A DNA stretch of 64,000 nt. It comes from Candidatus Calescibacterium sp. (GTDB taxonomy: Bacteria; Calescibacteriota; Calescibacteriia; Calescibacteriales; Calescibacteriaceae). This document shows positions 9,429 through 18,904 of this stretch, piece after piece. Every line of letters begins with the position of its first letter. The first letter of the stretch is position 1. The position numbers and the translations under genes are program-made. The notes beneath the pieces were generated by a model, which saw only the letters and a list, made by a program, of their open reading frames with translations, made no database searches and was not told the origin of the DNA. The stretch spans positions 32,001 through 96,000 of the forward strand of contig JAVVGL010000002.1 of the NCBI GenBank assembly GCA_032249135.1, given 5' to 3'.

Positions 9429-10394
9429 TCAAGTCATAGAGATAAATACAAGTGGAAATACTATTGTGACCTCACCACCCGGAGCTGGGAACTGCCACCT
9501 TCTTATCATCCTTAAAACACATCCAACCATTTCCTGATCATCTATAGTTGATTCCCTGACAGAAACATTAGAAACTTTACCCTCTGGATCAACAACTATC
9601 TCTACGACTATCTTACCTTGGAGATTTGGATTTCTCATCTGAGCTTTCTGAAAGCAGTATTTCAGTGAAGCCTGATTTCTTTCAGCAACTTTTCTGACTG
9701 TTTCCTCATCTAATTTCCCTTCAATCTCCGGAGCTTCTGTTGTAATCTTTGATGTAACAGCAGCAACCTTTTTACCTTCAAGTCCTACTTCTCTTCCTCC
9801 CTTTGCTTCGAGTGCTCCCACATCAGCTCCCCTCTTTTGTATCCCACCTGCAAATTCAAGGGGTTTTAACTCTTCTCCCTTCTCTGCAACCCTGACTCCA
9901 CTTATACCGCCGAGTATCTCATCTAAATTTTTAACTACTCCTCCTCCGAGAACTTCCGCTAACGGACTCGCTTCTCCTTCTCCCTTAGCTGTAAGAAGAG
10001 CTAAAATACCAACTTGCCTTACTTTCTCTCTTATTATTTCTTTCTTCTGCTCCTTTGTCATCGCTGCGGATTCCTCTTTTGGCTTTTGTTCTTCCGCTTT
10101 TTTCTCCTCCTTCTTTTCTGCTTTCTTTTCTTCTTTTTTCTGGGCAATCTCTTTTTTCTCTTCAACAAGCTTGGGAACAACGATTTTTGCAAACCTCTCA
10201 GGAAGCTTTTCTACCTCTACAATATCATCCCTTAACTCAACTTGAAGCTTTGAGGTCTCATAAACAAATAATACCCAGACCAAAAGGAAAATAATAAATA
10301 TGGGAAAAACTCTTCTTCTCTCTTTTTCTTCATCTTTTTCGGTTACTGGAACGAATACTTCGGCTAACCTCTCAAGTGATTGTTGACCCTGCAT
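9429..10394 (-). CDS. TonB-family protein with an AgmX/PglI (GltG-like) C-terminal domain
   Basis: Single N-terminal TM, charged linker (PERFAK...), VRQVGILALL, and C-terminal LKYCFQKAQMRNPNLQGKIVV...CVLRMIRRWQFPAPGGEV.IVFP. Confidence 0.75.
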   Translation of the reverse strand: MQGQQSLERLAEVFVPVTEKDEEKERRRVFPIFIIFLLVWVLFVYETSKLQVELRDDIVEVEKLPERFAKIVVPKLVEEKKEIAQKKEEKKAEKKEEKKAEEQKPKEESAAMTKEQKKEIIREKVRQVGILALLTAKGEGEASPLAEVLGGGVVKNLDEILGGISGVRVAEKGEELKPLEFAGGIQKRGADVGALEAKGGREVGLEGKKVAAVTSKITTEAPEIEGKLDEETVRKVAERNQASLKYCFQKAQMRNPNLQGKIVVEIVVDPEGKVSNVSVRESTIDDQEMVGCVLRMIRRWQFPAPGGEVTIVFPLVFISMT

Positions 10395-10454
10395 AACTTT
10401 AAATTTAATAATCCTCTACAAACTAATCCAAAAACTGAAAACTTTATCCACCAA

Positions 10455-10472
10455 TTGTGACATATCTCACAA
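10455..10472. promoter_or_regulatory. Palindromic CRP/FNR-family (or Rex-like) operator TTGTGA-N6-TCACAA
   Basis: ttgtga catatc tcacaa lies between the divergent TonB/GltG-like and pirin genes and matches the CRP core TGTGA-N6-TCACA exactly. Confidence 0.6.
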
Positions 10473-10524
10473 ACAAAAAAGTAAAAAAACCTATTATTAT
10501 TTATTAGTCTATTCACTTATTTTT

Positions 10525-11367
10525 ATGGTTTTAGAATTCGCAAAAATAAAAGCTATTTTTCCAGCAGTTGAAGTTATTGATGGAGCAGGAGTAAAATTGA
10601 AAAGATATATCGGGAACCAATACATTAATGTCGTTGATCCTTTCCTTTTACTTGACGAATTTAAAAGCTCAGACGAAAAAGATTGGATAGCAGGTTTCCC
10701 ACCTCATCCTCACAGAGGATTCCAGACTCTGACATATATGATATCCGGTAAATTTGAGCACAAAGATAGCACAGGTTCTCACAGTATTCTTTCATCTTCG
10801 GGTTTGCAGTGGATGAATGCAGGGAGTGGAGTAATTCATTCAGAGATGCCAGCTATGGAGAAAGGATTTCTTTGGGGATTTCAGCTCTGGATTAACCTCC
10901 CAAGAAAATATAAAATGTCTGACCCTTTTTACTTTAATTTTTATTCTCAGGTTGAAGAAGAAAGAGAAGGTATTAAGGTTATAGATCTTGTTGGTAAGCC
11001 TATGAGAGAAAACTCATTTTTTGATCTAATATACAAGCATATTGAGATGGAAAAAGGAAGCGAACTCAAACTGGAGATTCCAAAAAACTATAACTCTTTT
11101 ATTGTTGTTTCAGAGGGAAAAATAAAGGTTCTTCCGGAAAAAGTTATAATTCCACAGGAAAAATTGGCTGTAATTGAAGGAAATTATTTGTGGATTTTTG
11201 CTCAAGAGAAATCACATGTTATATTTGCAAGTGCGCCTCCAATAAGAGAACCGATAGCAAGGTGGGGACCTTTTGTTATGAACACAAAAGAAGAAATTAT
11301 ACAGGCAATTGAAGATTATCAATCAGGAAGACTCGTGAAAAAGAAAGCCGAATTTTCTCAAATGTAG
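10525..11367 (+). CDS. Pirin-family protein
   Basis: DPFLLLDEF, GFPPHPHRGF, WMNAGSGVIHSEMP, GPFVMNT. Confidence 0.93.
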   Translation: MVLEFAKIKAIFPAVEVIDGAGVKLKRYIGNQYINVVDPFLLLDEFKSSDEKDWIAGFPPHPHRGFQTLTYMISGKFEHKDSTGSHSILSSSGLQWMNAGSGVIHSEMPAMEKGFLWGFQLWINLPRKYKMSDPFYFNFYSQVEEEREGIKVIDLVGKPMRENSFFDLIYKHIEMEKGSELKLEIPKNYNSFIVVSEGKIKVLPEKVIIPQEKLAVIEGNYLWIFAQEKSHVIFASAPPIREPIARWGPFVMNTKEEIIQAIEDYQSGRLVKKKAEFSQM

Positions 11368-11396
11368 TTTCCTCTGATGTATAAATCTTTTTTAGG

Positions 11397-11939
11397 ATGC
11401 ATCAAATTGAATGCGATGTTTTCTTCCTATTCTTTGATAAAGTATATAGATTTGATAAGGAAAAACTGTGGATATCCCAAGCATTAGAAGAAATAGGAAT
11501 AATTGCAAACGAAAGAGAGTATGTGAAGATCCCTCAACAGGCATTCTCCATCACAAGAAAACAATTCAATGCTGGTATTATTATGAAATTCATATCAGGA
11601 TTGGGCAAATCAGAAATTTCTCTTGGGATAACAAAGGAAGACATATATTTTGGTGATCTTAATTTTGTTTTCGGAATAGCATCCCCAACAGCTTTATCTT
11701 GTGTTGTATCTTTGTGTAGGCTTGATCCAGAGTTTTACGGCTTCCCCCAAGATGATGAACTATACTGCTCAAGGGTTCAGAAAGAGGTAATTCATGAAAT
11801 AGGACATGTTTTGGGATTACTTCATTGCGAAAAACCAAGTTGTGTTATGAGTTTTTCAAATTCAATATACGATGTTGATAGGAAAACAAAATTTTTCTGT
11901 GAAAACTGCTCAAAGTTAATTAGAGGGAAAAGAGTATAA
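11397..11939 (+). CDS. Archaemetzincin-family Zn metalloprotease
   Basis: LNFVFG, HEIGHVLGLLHC, CVMSFSNS, FCENC. Confidence 0.88.
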   Translation: MHQIECDVFFLFFDKVYRFDKEKLWISQALEEIGIIANEREYVKIPQQAFSITRKQFNAGIIMKFISGLGKSEISLGITKEDIYFGDLNFVFGIASPTALSCVVSLCRLDPEFYGFPQDDELYCSRVQKEVIHEIGHVLGLLHCEKPSCVMSFSNSIYDVDRKTKFFCENCSKLIRGKRV

Positions 11940-11964
11940 TATATAAAGTGAAAAACCTTATAGA

Positions 11965-13542
11965 ATGAAAAATCTTATAGACAAAGTAGAAAGTGCTCCC
12001 GAGACCTGTGGAGTTTATATTTTCCTCAAAGATAAAAAACCGATATATATAGGGAAAGCAAAAAATCTGAAAGAAAGATTAAAAGCTTATATCAATTTTT
12101 TAGATACAAGAGAAACGGTCCCGAAAATTGTACAAGAAGCTGATGATGTAAGATGGATAATCACAAACACAGAAGAGGATGCGTTCTTTCTTGAACAAAA
12201 ATTAATATCAGAAAATCTCCCAAAATATAACGTCAAGGTAAAAGATATAAGAGGATTAAAGTATATAAAAATAGATATTTCTCATCAGTTCCCATCAGTA
12301 TCTTTGACAAGAATACCAAAAAAAGAAAGTGCTTTATACTTTGGTCCTTTTTCTGCAAAAGAAACAAAAGAAATTTTTTCAGCTCTGAAAATGGCTTTTG
12401 GAATAAGAACATGTACAGAAAATAAGTTCAAAGATTTTCAAAAAAGACAAAGACCTTGCCTTGACGGTCAAATAGAGGTATGTCCTGCCCCATGTGTAGG
12501 AAAAATCACAAGATCAGAATATCTCAAAAATGTGTACAGAGCAATTGATTTTATGAAAGGAAAATTTACAAAGGTTATAAAAGAACTTGAAAAAAAGATG
12601 TGGGAAGAAGCTGAAAAGGAAAACTTTGAAGAAGCAGCAAAAATAAGAGATAAGATAAAAATAATTCAGAAAGCACTTGATTACAAAAGAATAATTTTTG
12701 AAGATTTCAGAAATGCAGACTACCTCGGCTACGACATAATTGAAGATAAAGTGGGAATTTTTATTCTTAAAATAAGGGAGGGAAGATTTTTTGGAGGATA
12801 CGGAGGAGTCTTTCAGTATGGTGGTCAAGATATTCTTGACCTTGCTTTAAAACTCTTTTTTGAAAACTCAGGAAGTGACGGTATTATTGTTTCTGAAATT
12901 ATTACATCAGAACAGCAAGTTGGAAAAATATTGTTGAGGCCACCTTATGATGATGAGAAAGAAGTTATGATGCTCGCAAAATCAAATGCAACAGAACAAA
13001 TTCTGCAAACGTCAATAAAAATTGCAAAAAAATTCAGAATGCTCACTGAACTACAAAAATTCTTGCTACTTGATAAAACTCCTCGGAGAATTGAGGTATA
13101 TGATTTTTCAAACTTTGGAGGCAAAAATCTTGTCGGTGTAAAAGTTCATTTTGAAGACGGTGAAATAATACCTTCAAGGCTAAGATTATATAAGGTTGAT
13201 GAGTTTGGATATGATGATATATCTGCGTTGAAAAATGTCATGTCAAGAAGAATAAAAGATTTTTTTGAAGGCAAAGATTTACCTTTGCCAGATCTTATTC
13301 TTGTAGATGGTGGTAAATCTCACTATTCAGTATTGAAAGAAATACTGACACGAGCTAAATTAGATATACCTTTCGGCTGCATAAAAAAGGAGGAAAGAAA
13401 TAGAAGAAATGTATCTTTGATTTTTCAGAACCAAGAATTAAAACCAACGGGAAACCTTTTAAGTTTTATTTTATATCTTGTAAATTCAGCTCACGAAAGA
13501 GCAAGGAGGTTTGCAGTTTCAAGAACAACAAAAATAAACTGA
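11965..13542 (+). CDS. uvrC: Excinuclease ABC subunit C (no C-terminal HhH domain)
   Basis: GIY-YIG domain (GVY, IYIGKAKNL), Cys cluster, UVR motif (ENFEEAAKIRD) and RNase H-like PDLILVDGG. Confidence 0.9.
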   Translation: MKNLIDKVESAPETCGVYIFLKDKKPIYIGKAKNLKERLKAYINFLDTRETVPKIVQEADDVRWIITNTEEDAFFLEQKLISENLPKYNVKVKDIRGLKYIKIDISHQFPSVSLTRIPKKESALYFGPFSAKETKEIFSALKMAFGIRTCTENKFKDFQKRQRPCLDGQIEVCPAPCVGKITRSEYLKNVYRAIDFMKGKFTKVIKELEKKMWEEAEKENFEEAAKIRDKIKIIQKALDYKRIIFEDFRNADYLGYDIIEDKVGIFILKIREGRFFGGYGGVFQYGGQDILDLALKLFFENSGSDGIIVSEIITSEQQVGKILLRPPYDDEKEVMMLAKSNATEQILQTSIKIAKKFRMLTELQKFLLLDKTPRRIEVYDFSNFGGKNLVGVKVHFEDGEIIPSRLRLYKVDEFGYDDISALKNVMSRRIKDFFEGKDLPLPDLILVDGGKSHYSVLKEILTRAKLDIPFGCIKKEERNRRNVSLIFQNQELKPTGNLLSFILYLVNSAHERARRFAVSRTTKIN

Positions 13543-13569
13543 AAAAATAGAAATAAACTGAAAAATAAG
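13532..13569. repeat. ~19-bp near-tandem duplication spanning the uvrC stop
   Basis: aaataaactgaaaaaatag followed by aaataaactgaaaaataag. Confidence 0.8.
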
Positions 13570-13574
13570 ATTGT

Positions 13575-14669
13575 TTACTGCAGAATAATATCTAAAATTC
13601 TCTTTGAGCCGTCTTCTATACTGAAATCTTTTAGTTTATCTTTTAAATCAGATAGTAAATCACCTGAAATAAACTCTTTTAGTATAACTTCAAATCTTCC
13701 TTCATTATCTTGTCTCACAATAATGCATCTGTCTCCAAAAATCTTGAGAGGGTTTTTAAATTGATGATCCCCAATTGATTTCGGTAGAGGAACAAAGATT
13801 GCGGGCTTTTTAGCATATGCTATTTCAAAAACAGTACCAGCTCCTCCTCTTGAAATAATAAAATCCGCTAAACCGATATAATATCCTATTTTTTCTGAGA
13901 ATGGAAAAATTGAATAATCAATTTTAGCGTTTAATTTTTGTTTTAGCGAAGAGTAGAATATTTGAGCTTCATCAAAAAATAAATCTCCGGTCTGATGAAA
14001 TATTTTGAGATAAGGCAAATTTGTATCAGATTCCGCTATTTTTTTTAAGGATTTTGTGAATAATTTATTGAGACTTAAAGCTCCTTGACTTCCCCCAGTT
14101 ATAAGGATTTTTAAAAATTCATCTTTTTTCTCATGTTTCTCTTTCATACCTTCTTCAAGATGTTCTTTGAATTTATTTCTCAAGGGAAACCCAACTACTA
14201 CTGATTTCTTTTTTGAAAAATTTGGGATTTCTGATTCCGGAAAAGATAATAAAATTTTATCTGCAAAAATTGAAGAGAGTTTATTTGCCAATCCCATTAC
14301 AGAATTTTGCTCAAAAATAAAAACTCGTGACTTTAATATCTTACCTGCAAGGAGAGATGGACCTGAAACATATCCTCCAAATCCTACAACTACATCTGGT
14401 TTTATTTTTTTTAGGATTTCAACGGCATCTTTTAAAGATGAGAAAGCAGATAACATTCCTTTGAATGCACCAATCCCCTTGCCTACGATTGGTTTTGCAT
14501 CTAAAAAGAAAACTTTTGATGTTGGAATTTCGCTCAAAAATCTTTGTTCTGCTTTTCTTGATTTACCTGTTATGAAGAATATTTCAGTGTCTTTTGGGAG
14601 TTTTTCTGCTACCGCTATTGCCGGCGCTATATGTCCTCCAGTTCCCCCTGCTACGATGCATATTCTCAT
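13575..14669 (-). CDS. murG: Lipid II GlcNAc transferase
   Basis: AGGTGGHI, GFGGYVS, EQN, GGSQGA, SRGGAGT, HQFKN. Confidence 0.93.
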   Translation of the reverse strand: MRICIVAGGTGGHIAPAIAVAEKLPKDTEIFFITGKSRKAEQRFLSEIPTSKVFFLDAKPIVGKGIGAFKGMLSAFSSLKDAVEILKKIKPDVVVGFGGYVSGPSLLAGKILKSRVFIFEQNSVMGLANKLSSIFADKILLSFPESEIPNFSKKKSVVVGFPLRNKFKEHLEEGMKEKHEKKDEFLKILITGGSQGALSLNKLFTKSLKKIAESDTNLPYLKIFHQTGDLFFDEAQIFYSSLKQKLNAKIDYSIFPFSEKIGYYIGLADFIISRGGAGTVFEIAYAKKPAIFVPLPKSIGDHQFKNPLKIFGDRCIIVRQDNEGRFEVILKEFISGDLLSDLKDKLKDFSIEDGSKRILDIILQ

Positions 14670-14674
14670 AGTTT

Positions 14675-15289
14675 TTATTTAGCATTTTCATTTTGTTTTT
14701 TATTTGCTTTTGGAATTATTATAGTTCCTTCTTTTTCATCTCCAAGTTTTATTGTTTTCTTTTTCAAGTGTAAAAAAGCTGTGAATGAACAAGCAATAGC
14801 ATCTAATTCATCTTGAGAAAAATTTCTAATTGATTTTGGGTCTAAAAATTTCTGATTTACAAAAAATTTTATGATTTCTGCTTTTGATTTTCTTGGAATT
14901 CCAAATACATCGTATGTTGCTCCCGGAAAAACTTCTATTACTTCTGCGTTGAATTTTTCTATAATTTTCTGCTTTAATCTCATACCTCTTTCTGTGAGCA
15001 TTCTCATAGGTCCCAAAGTTATAGGAAAGAATTTTATTTTCATTTTCATAAGTTCTAAATCACATTTTCTGAAATGAATGTTATTTTTTTCATAAATACT
15101 TTTTCTACCAAGCGGCAAAGATAAAGGGGCATCTATCGCAACGATTTTTACATCTTCTGGTATTGCTTCAAGAATTTCTTTATCTTCTTTTACACAAAAT
15201 ACATCCAAAACTTTGTTTGTACTTATACATATTCCCGTATTAGATTTTTCACTTCCGCTCAAATCTATACCTATAACTTTAAATTTCAT
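14675..15289 (-). CDS. DUF429-family (RNase H-like fold) protein
   Basis: IGIDLSG, VAIDAPLSLP, FRKCD, IEVFPGA, DELDAIACS. Confidence 0.8.
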   Translation of the reverse strand: MKFKVIGIDLSGSEKSNTGICISTNKVLDVFCVKEDKEILEAIPEDVKIVAIDAPLSLPLGRKSIYEKNNIHFRKCDLELMKMKIKFFPITLGPMRMLTERGMRLKQKIIEKFNAEVIEVFPGATYDVFGIPRKSKAEIIKFFVNQKFLDPKSIRNFSQDELDAIACSFTAFLHLKKKTIKLGDEKEGTIIIPKANKKQNENAK

Positions 15290-15318
15290 TTTATCTACTA
15301 ATTTTCCGGCTTAATCTC

Positions 15319-16509
15319 TCATTTTATTTTCTGCATAAGGTCAAAAAAGATATTTTCAAGTTCTTTGAAATTCTTGACAATAATATCAGTTTTTTGAAGA
15401 TTTGTGTGAGTTGTGAGAATTCCTATGGTTTTAGCACCGGCATAAAAACCAGCATCTATTCCATGCTGAGAATCTTCTATTACCCAACATTTTTTAGTTG
15501 GGACTCCAAGTTTTTCAGCTGCGGTAATGTAGCAATCTGGATTTGGTTTTCCCTGCCTTATATCTGAACCTGAAACTACAACATCAAAAAGATTTCTCAT
15601 TCCTATCTCGTCAGATAAGAATTCAATATTTTCTTTCGGAGTAGAAGAAACAAGAGCAAGTTTTATTCCCTTTTCTTTCAAAAATCTTATGAATTCAATG
15701 GATCCAGGAATTGGTTTTATTTTACCTTTTGCAAGCTCTCTATAAATTCTTTCCTTTTCTTCCCCAATTTTTCTTACTTCATCATCGCTTGCATTTGGAA
15801 CATATTTTTTTATAATTATCTCATTTGTCATACCGAAAGTGCTTTTAAAATCTTCTTCACCGAAATTTACTCCAAGCTTCCTCATAACTTCAAACCAAGA
15901 TTTTTTGTGAAATTCAGAGGAATCAACTATAACTCCATCAAGGTCAAATAAAAAAGCTTCTGTTCCCGTCAAAATCTCAAGTGAAAATATGTAAGCTCGG
16001 GTGCTACCTTCTTTATCAATATCTTGAATATATACCCAAAATTTTTCTTCAAAAAATTTTTTCACATCTTCTACGAGGTCCTTTTTGACCGAAATCAGCA
16101 AATCGCATTTTTCTTGATTTTTTAACTTTTCAAGCCAGGGGGATTTTAGTTTTTTTGAGCATCCAAGCTCCATCGGACCTATTTCATCTACAACTATGAT
16201 TTCGCCCCCTCTTTCTAACTCCCTAAAAAGAACCTTCTCAAAGTTATAAGGGAAAACTATGTATTTCCCCAACTTGCAAGTTCTCTCAGAAAATGGTATT
16301 TTATCTTCTTTTGTTGCAAGAATCTCTTCTGCCCCCGTATTTATACCTTTGACCATAAATCCTATTCTTTCCTTCCCTCTTCTTATCTCTGGCGTAATAA
16401 CACCACTCAAACTGATACCCATAATTTTTAGTCTTGATACAATTTTCTGAATCAACGTTGATTTACCGGAACCAGGTCTACCGGTTATTATCAAGCATTT
16501 CTCTTTCAT
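15319..16509 (-). CDS. Fusion of an N-terminal THEP1/NTPase_1 nucleoside triphosphatase and a C-terminal HAD phosphatase (beta-PGM-like)
   Basis: N-half: ITGRPGSGKSTL, TPEIRRG..RIGF, GKY, IVVDEIGPME. C-half: FDLDGVIVDS, VSST, GKPNPD, IEDSQHG. Confidence 0.85.
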   Translation of the reverse strand: MKEKCLIITGRPGSGKSTLIQKIVSRLKIMGISLSGVITPEIRRGKERIGFMVKGINTGAEEILATKEDKIPFSERTCKLGKYIVFPYNFEKVLFRELERGGEIIVVDEIGPMELGCSKKLKSPWLEKLKNQEKCDLLISVKKDLVEDVKKFFEEKFWVYIQDIDKEGSTRAYIFSLEILTGTEAFLFDLDGVIVDSSEFHKKSWFEVMRKLGVNFGEEDFKSTFGMTNEIIIKKYVPNASDDEVRKIGEEKERIYRELAKGKIKPIPGSIEFIRFLKEKGIKLALVSSTPKENIEFLSDEIGMRNLFDVVVSGSDIRQGKPNPDCYITAAEKLGVPTKKCWVIEDSQHGIDAGFYAGAKTIGILTTHTNLQKTDIIVKNFKELENIFFDLMQKIK

Positions 16510-16679
16510 ATCTACAAGAGTCGCAAATCATCTTGTTTTCTTACTTGCTTTTTTCTTCACCTTTTTATTTATCAGTCTATTGTAAAAAATTTGTAGAAAC
16601 ACATAAACATTTTTTATTTTCAAAAATAAAATAAGGGAAGTGATTTATTCCTACTTTACCTTTACTAACGACTTCAATA

Positions 16680-17051
16680 TCTTATCTCTGATTCTTCTTG
16701 TCAGCAACATCAAAGCCTTATCTTCAAGCAGAATTTCTCTTATAAAAGACATTATCAAGTCAAAAACTTCTCCAAAGGTAATTCTTATAATTCGTATACA
16801 TCTTGGAGGAGATGGAATAAATTTTCATCAAAGCAATACTGCTCAAATACTGGAAAGGCGGAGAGGTATCAGGTAGTTGTAAGAGGTTATGTAGTAATTT
16901 TCGTTGAAGGAGTACCTATAAAGTTTCCAATTTTAGTAAAGCCATATTTTACAAAGCATAAAGTAAATGAGCTTGGAGCTGAGGTAGGAGAATTTAAAAG
17001 ATTAATTTTTGTTTTCTTGTTTCTCCATATTTTTTTATCTTTTCCATTTTA
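16680..17051 (+). pseudogene. Degraded, frameshifted IS701-like DDE transposase fragment
   Basis: KVILII...GDGINF in one frame, then from 16825 SSKQYCSNTGKAERYQVVVRGYVV...FPI in another. This resembles the IS701/DDE_5 motif LIIDDT...GV.RQY.G..GK..NCQV.V. No intact ORF and no IRs identified; boundaries are approximate. Confidence 0.45.
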
Positions 17052-17113
17052 GTCGTTTGTTTATTTTGGTATTTCACATCTTTGTGTTTGAATTGATTGA
17101 GATTTTCGGTTGA

Positions 17114-18904
17114 TTAAATTTTGAAATTATTTTTCAAGCGCCAAAGCTTTACCTCATTTCCGTCAACTTCTGTAAAAAAGCATTCAGCATCAATTTTATT
17201 TTCCTCAATAAAACTTTTCACATCAGATAAATTGTAGAATTCATCAGATATAATTATATCGTCTCCCTGTGAAAACTTCGGCAACCTCGCTGCAAAGTTT
17301 ATATTCCTACCAAAGTAGTCCAAATTATCTTTCAAAGATATAGCGATACAAGAACCAATATGTATTCCAACTTTGAGTTTGAGCGGAATATCAGGATGCA
17401 AATCTAATAATTCCTTTTGAGATTTCATAAAAGAATATATAGCTCCTGATGGACTTCTAAAAACAGCCATTACGGCATCACCTTCTGTCTTGACAATTGC
17501 TCCTTCGCCTTCATCTATATTTTTTCTGAGTATATCAAAGTGCTTCATAACAAGATCAAAAGCCCTCGCATCACCTAACTTCTCATAAATCCTTGATGAA
17601 TTTTTCAAATCTGTAAAAGCAACAACTAAACTTTCAATAGATACACTTTCACCATACTTTAAAAGTTCACCTGAGAAAAGTTCTCTGAATCGCTGGAATG
17701 TAAATATTTCATTAGCTGTGAGTATCTTATCATCCCATCCAAACTCCTCTACTATAAACAATTGTTCATCAGATGTAGAATTTATCAAAGTTATGGAAGA
17801 TTTAGGTCTCAAAACAGGCATATCTTCAAACCATCCATTATCCCTTGCAATAAAAATAGCTTCAGGACTACCTTCGTCTTCAACTTTGAAAAACTGCCCA
17901 CCACGAAGTTTTAATGTTCTCACTCTATAAATTTTCTTTTTGAGGCTTACTTCAACTGTTCTTTGCTCACCAGACTTTATCAATTCTTGAACCACAATAT
18001 GCGGAGTAATTGCAGGACCGCCAATACAGAAAAATTTTTCATTTACTTTCTTTATTTTTGGATCAAGCTTGAATATAACCTCAACAGATTTATCAAAGTT
18101 TACATCAAAATCAATCAGACAACTTGAACAGTGAGTTTTTGCCTTTATATCCTTCAGAGATGTTAGAGATTCGGCAGGACCTCTACAAGAAGGGCAGATA
18201 AGTTCCCATCTTAACCCCATAAAGCCAGCCCTTACCGCAGCAAGAAAAGCCTCAACTACTTTCTTTTTAGGTAAATTGAGATACTCCGCAACTGCATAAG
18301 GGCGCAACCTCATAAGAGTTAGATCATCAGCCCGCTCAACAAATAGAGCCAAATTCCTTGCGAGATTTTCATCTACACCCGATTTTATAAGCCCGTAGAA
18401 AAACTCTTGAAATTTCTTCTTCCCTAAACTACTCGTTTTTTTTATAGATATCCACTTAGCTTCTCCTCTTAGCTGACTTTCATCATATTTTCTGAATACT
18501 TCCTCAAATCTCTTTTTTATCATAGACATAGCAATTGGAACAATCAGAGTTCCCAAAAAGTTTCTGGTTTTTACTATAATAGAACAAATGAGTTTTGTTC
18601 CCGAAGTATTTTTAGGCAAAAGTTCAACATTCACTATCATTTCAGATATTGGTCCTCTGCTAAATTTTCTCGATACACCAAATCTAAATGGTTTTATCCA
18701 TTCAAAAGGAGTTTCCTCAACGCTTAATCTAAAAAAAGGTATCGCATAAGCTATTTTTCTCCTTTTGTTTTCAAAAGTTAAACTCTCTTTTATAAAAGGT
18801 AACCCAACATCTTTACTTAACCTGTTTGTATCTGCAATCCAATCCCATATAGCTTCTGGATCAGACTTCAAATCCCACTCCCACTTGTAAACAAAAGTTG
18901 TCAT
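17114..18904 (-). CDS. Class III adenylate/guanylate cyclase with SRPBCC-like N-terminus and DUF5939-type central domain
   Basis: Cyclase motifs AFTDLKNS, IVKTEGDAVMAVF, KVGIHIG, DYFGRNINFAARL. Central RLRPYAVA, WELICPSC...HCSSC. N-terminal WDWIADTNR. Confidence 0.85.
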   Translation of the reverse strand: MTTFVYKWEWDLKSDPEAIWDWIADTNRLSKDVGLPFIKESLTFENKRRKIAYAIPFFRLSVEETPFEWIKPFRFGVSRKFSRGPISEMIVNVELLPKNTSGTKLICSIIVKTRNFLGTLIVPIAMSMIKKRFEEVFRKYDESQLRGEAKWISIKKTSSLGKKKFQEFFYGLIKSGVDENLARNLALFVERADDLTLMRLRPYAVAEYLNLPKKKVVEAFLAAVRAGFMGLRWELICPSCRGPAESLTSLKDIKAKTHCSSCLIDFDVNFDKSVEVIFKLDPKIKKVNEKFFCIGGPAITPHIVVQELIKSGEQRTVEVSLKKKIYRVRTLKLRGGQFFKVEDEGSPEAIFIARDNGWFEDMPVLRPKSSITLINSTSDEQLFIVEEFGWDDKILTANEIFTFQRFRELFSGELLKYGESVSIESLVVAFTDLKNSSRIYEKLGDARAFDLVMKHFDILRKNIDEGEGAIVKTEGDAVMAVFRSPSGAIYSFMKSQKELLDLHPDIPLKLKVGIHIGSCIAISLKDNLDYFGRNINFAARLPKFSQGDDIIISDEFYNLSDVKSFIEENKIDAECFFTEVDGNEVKLWRLKNNFKI

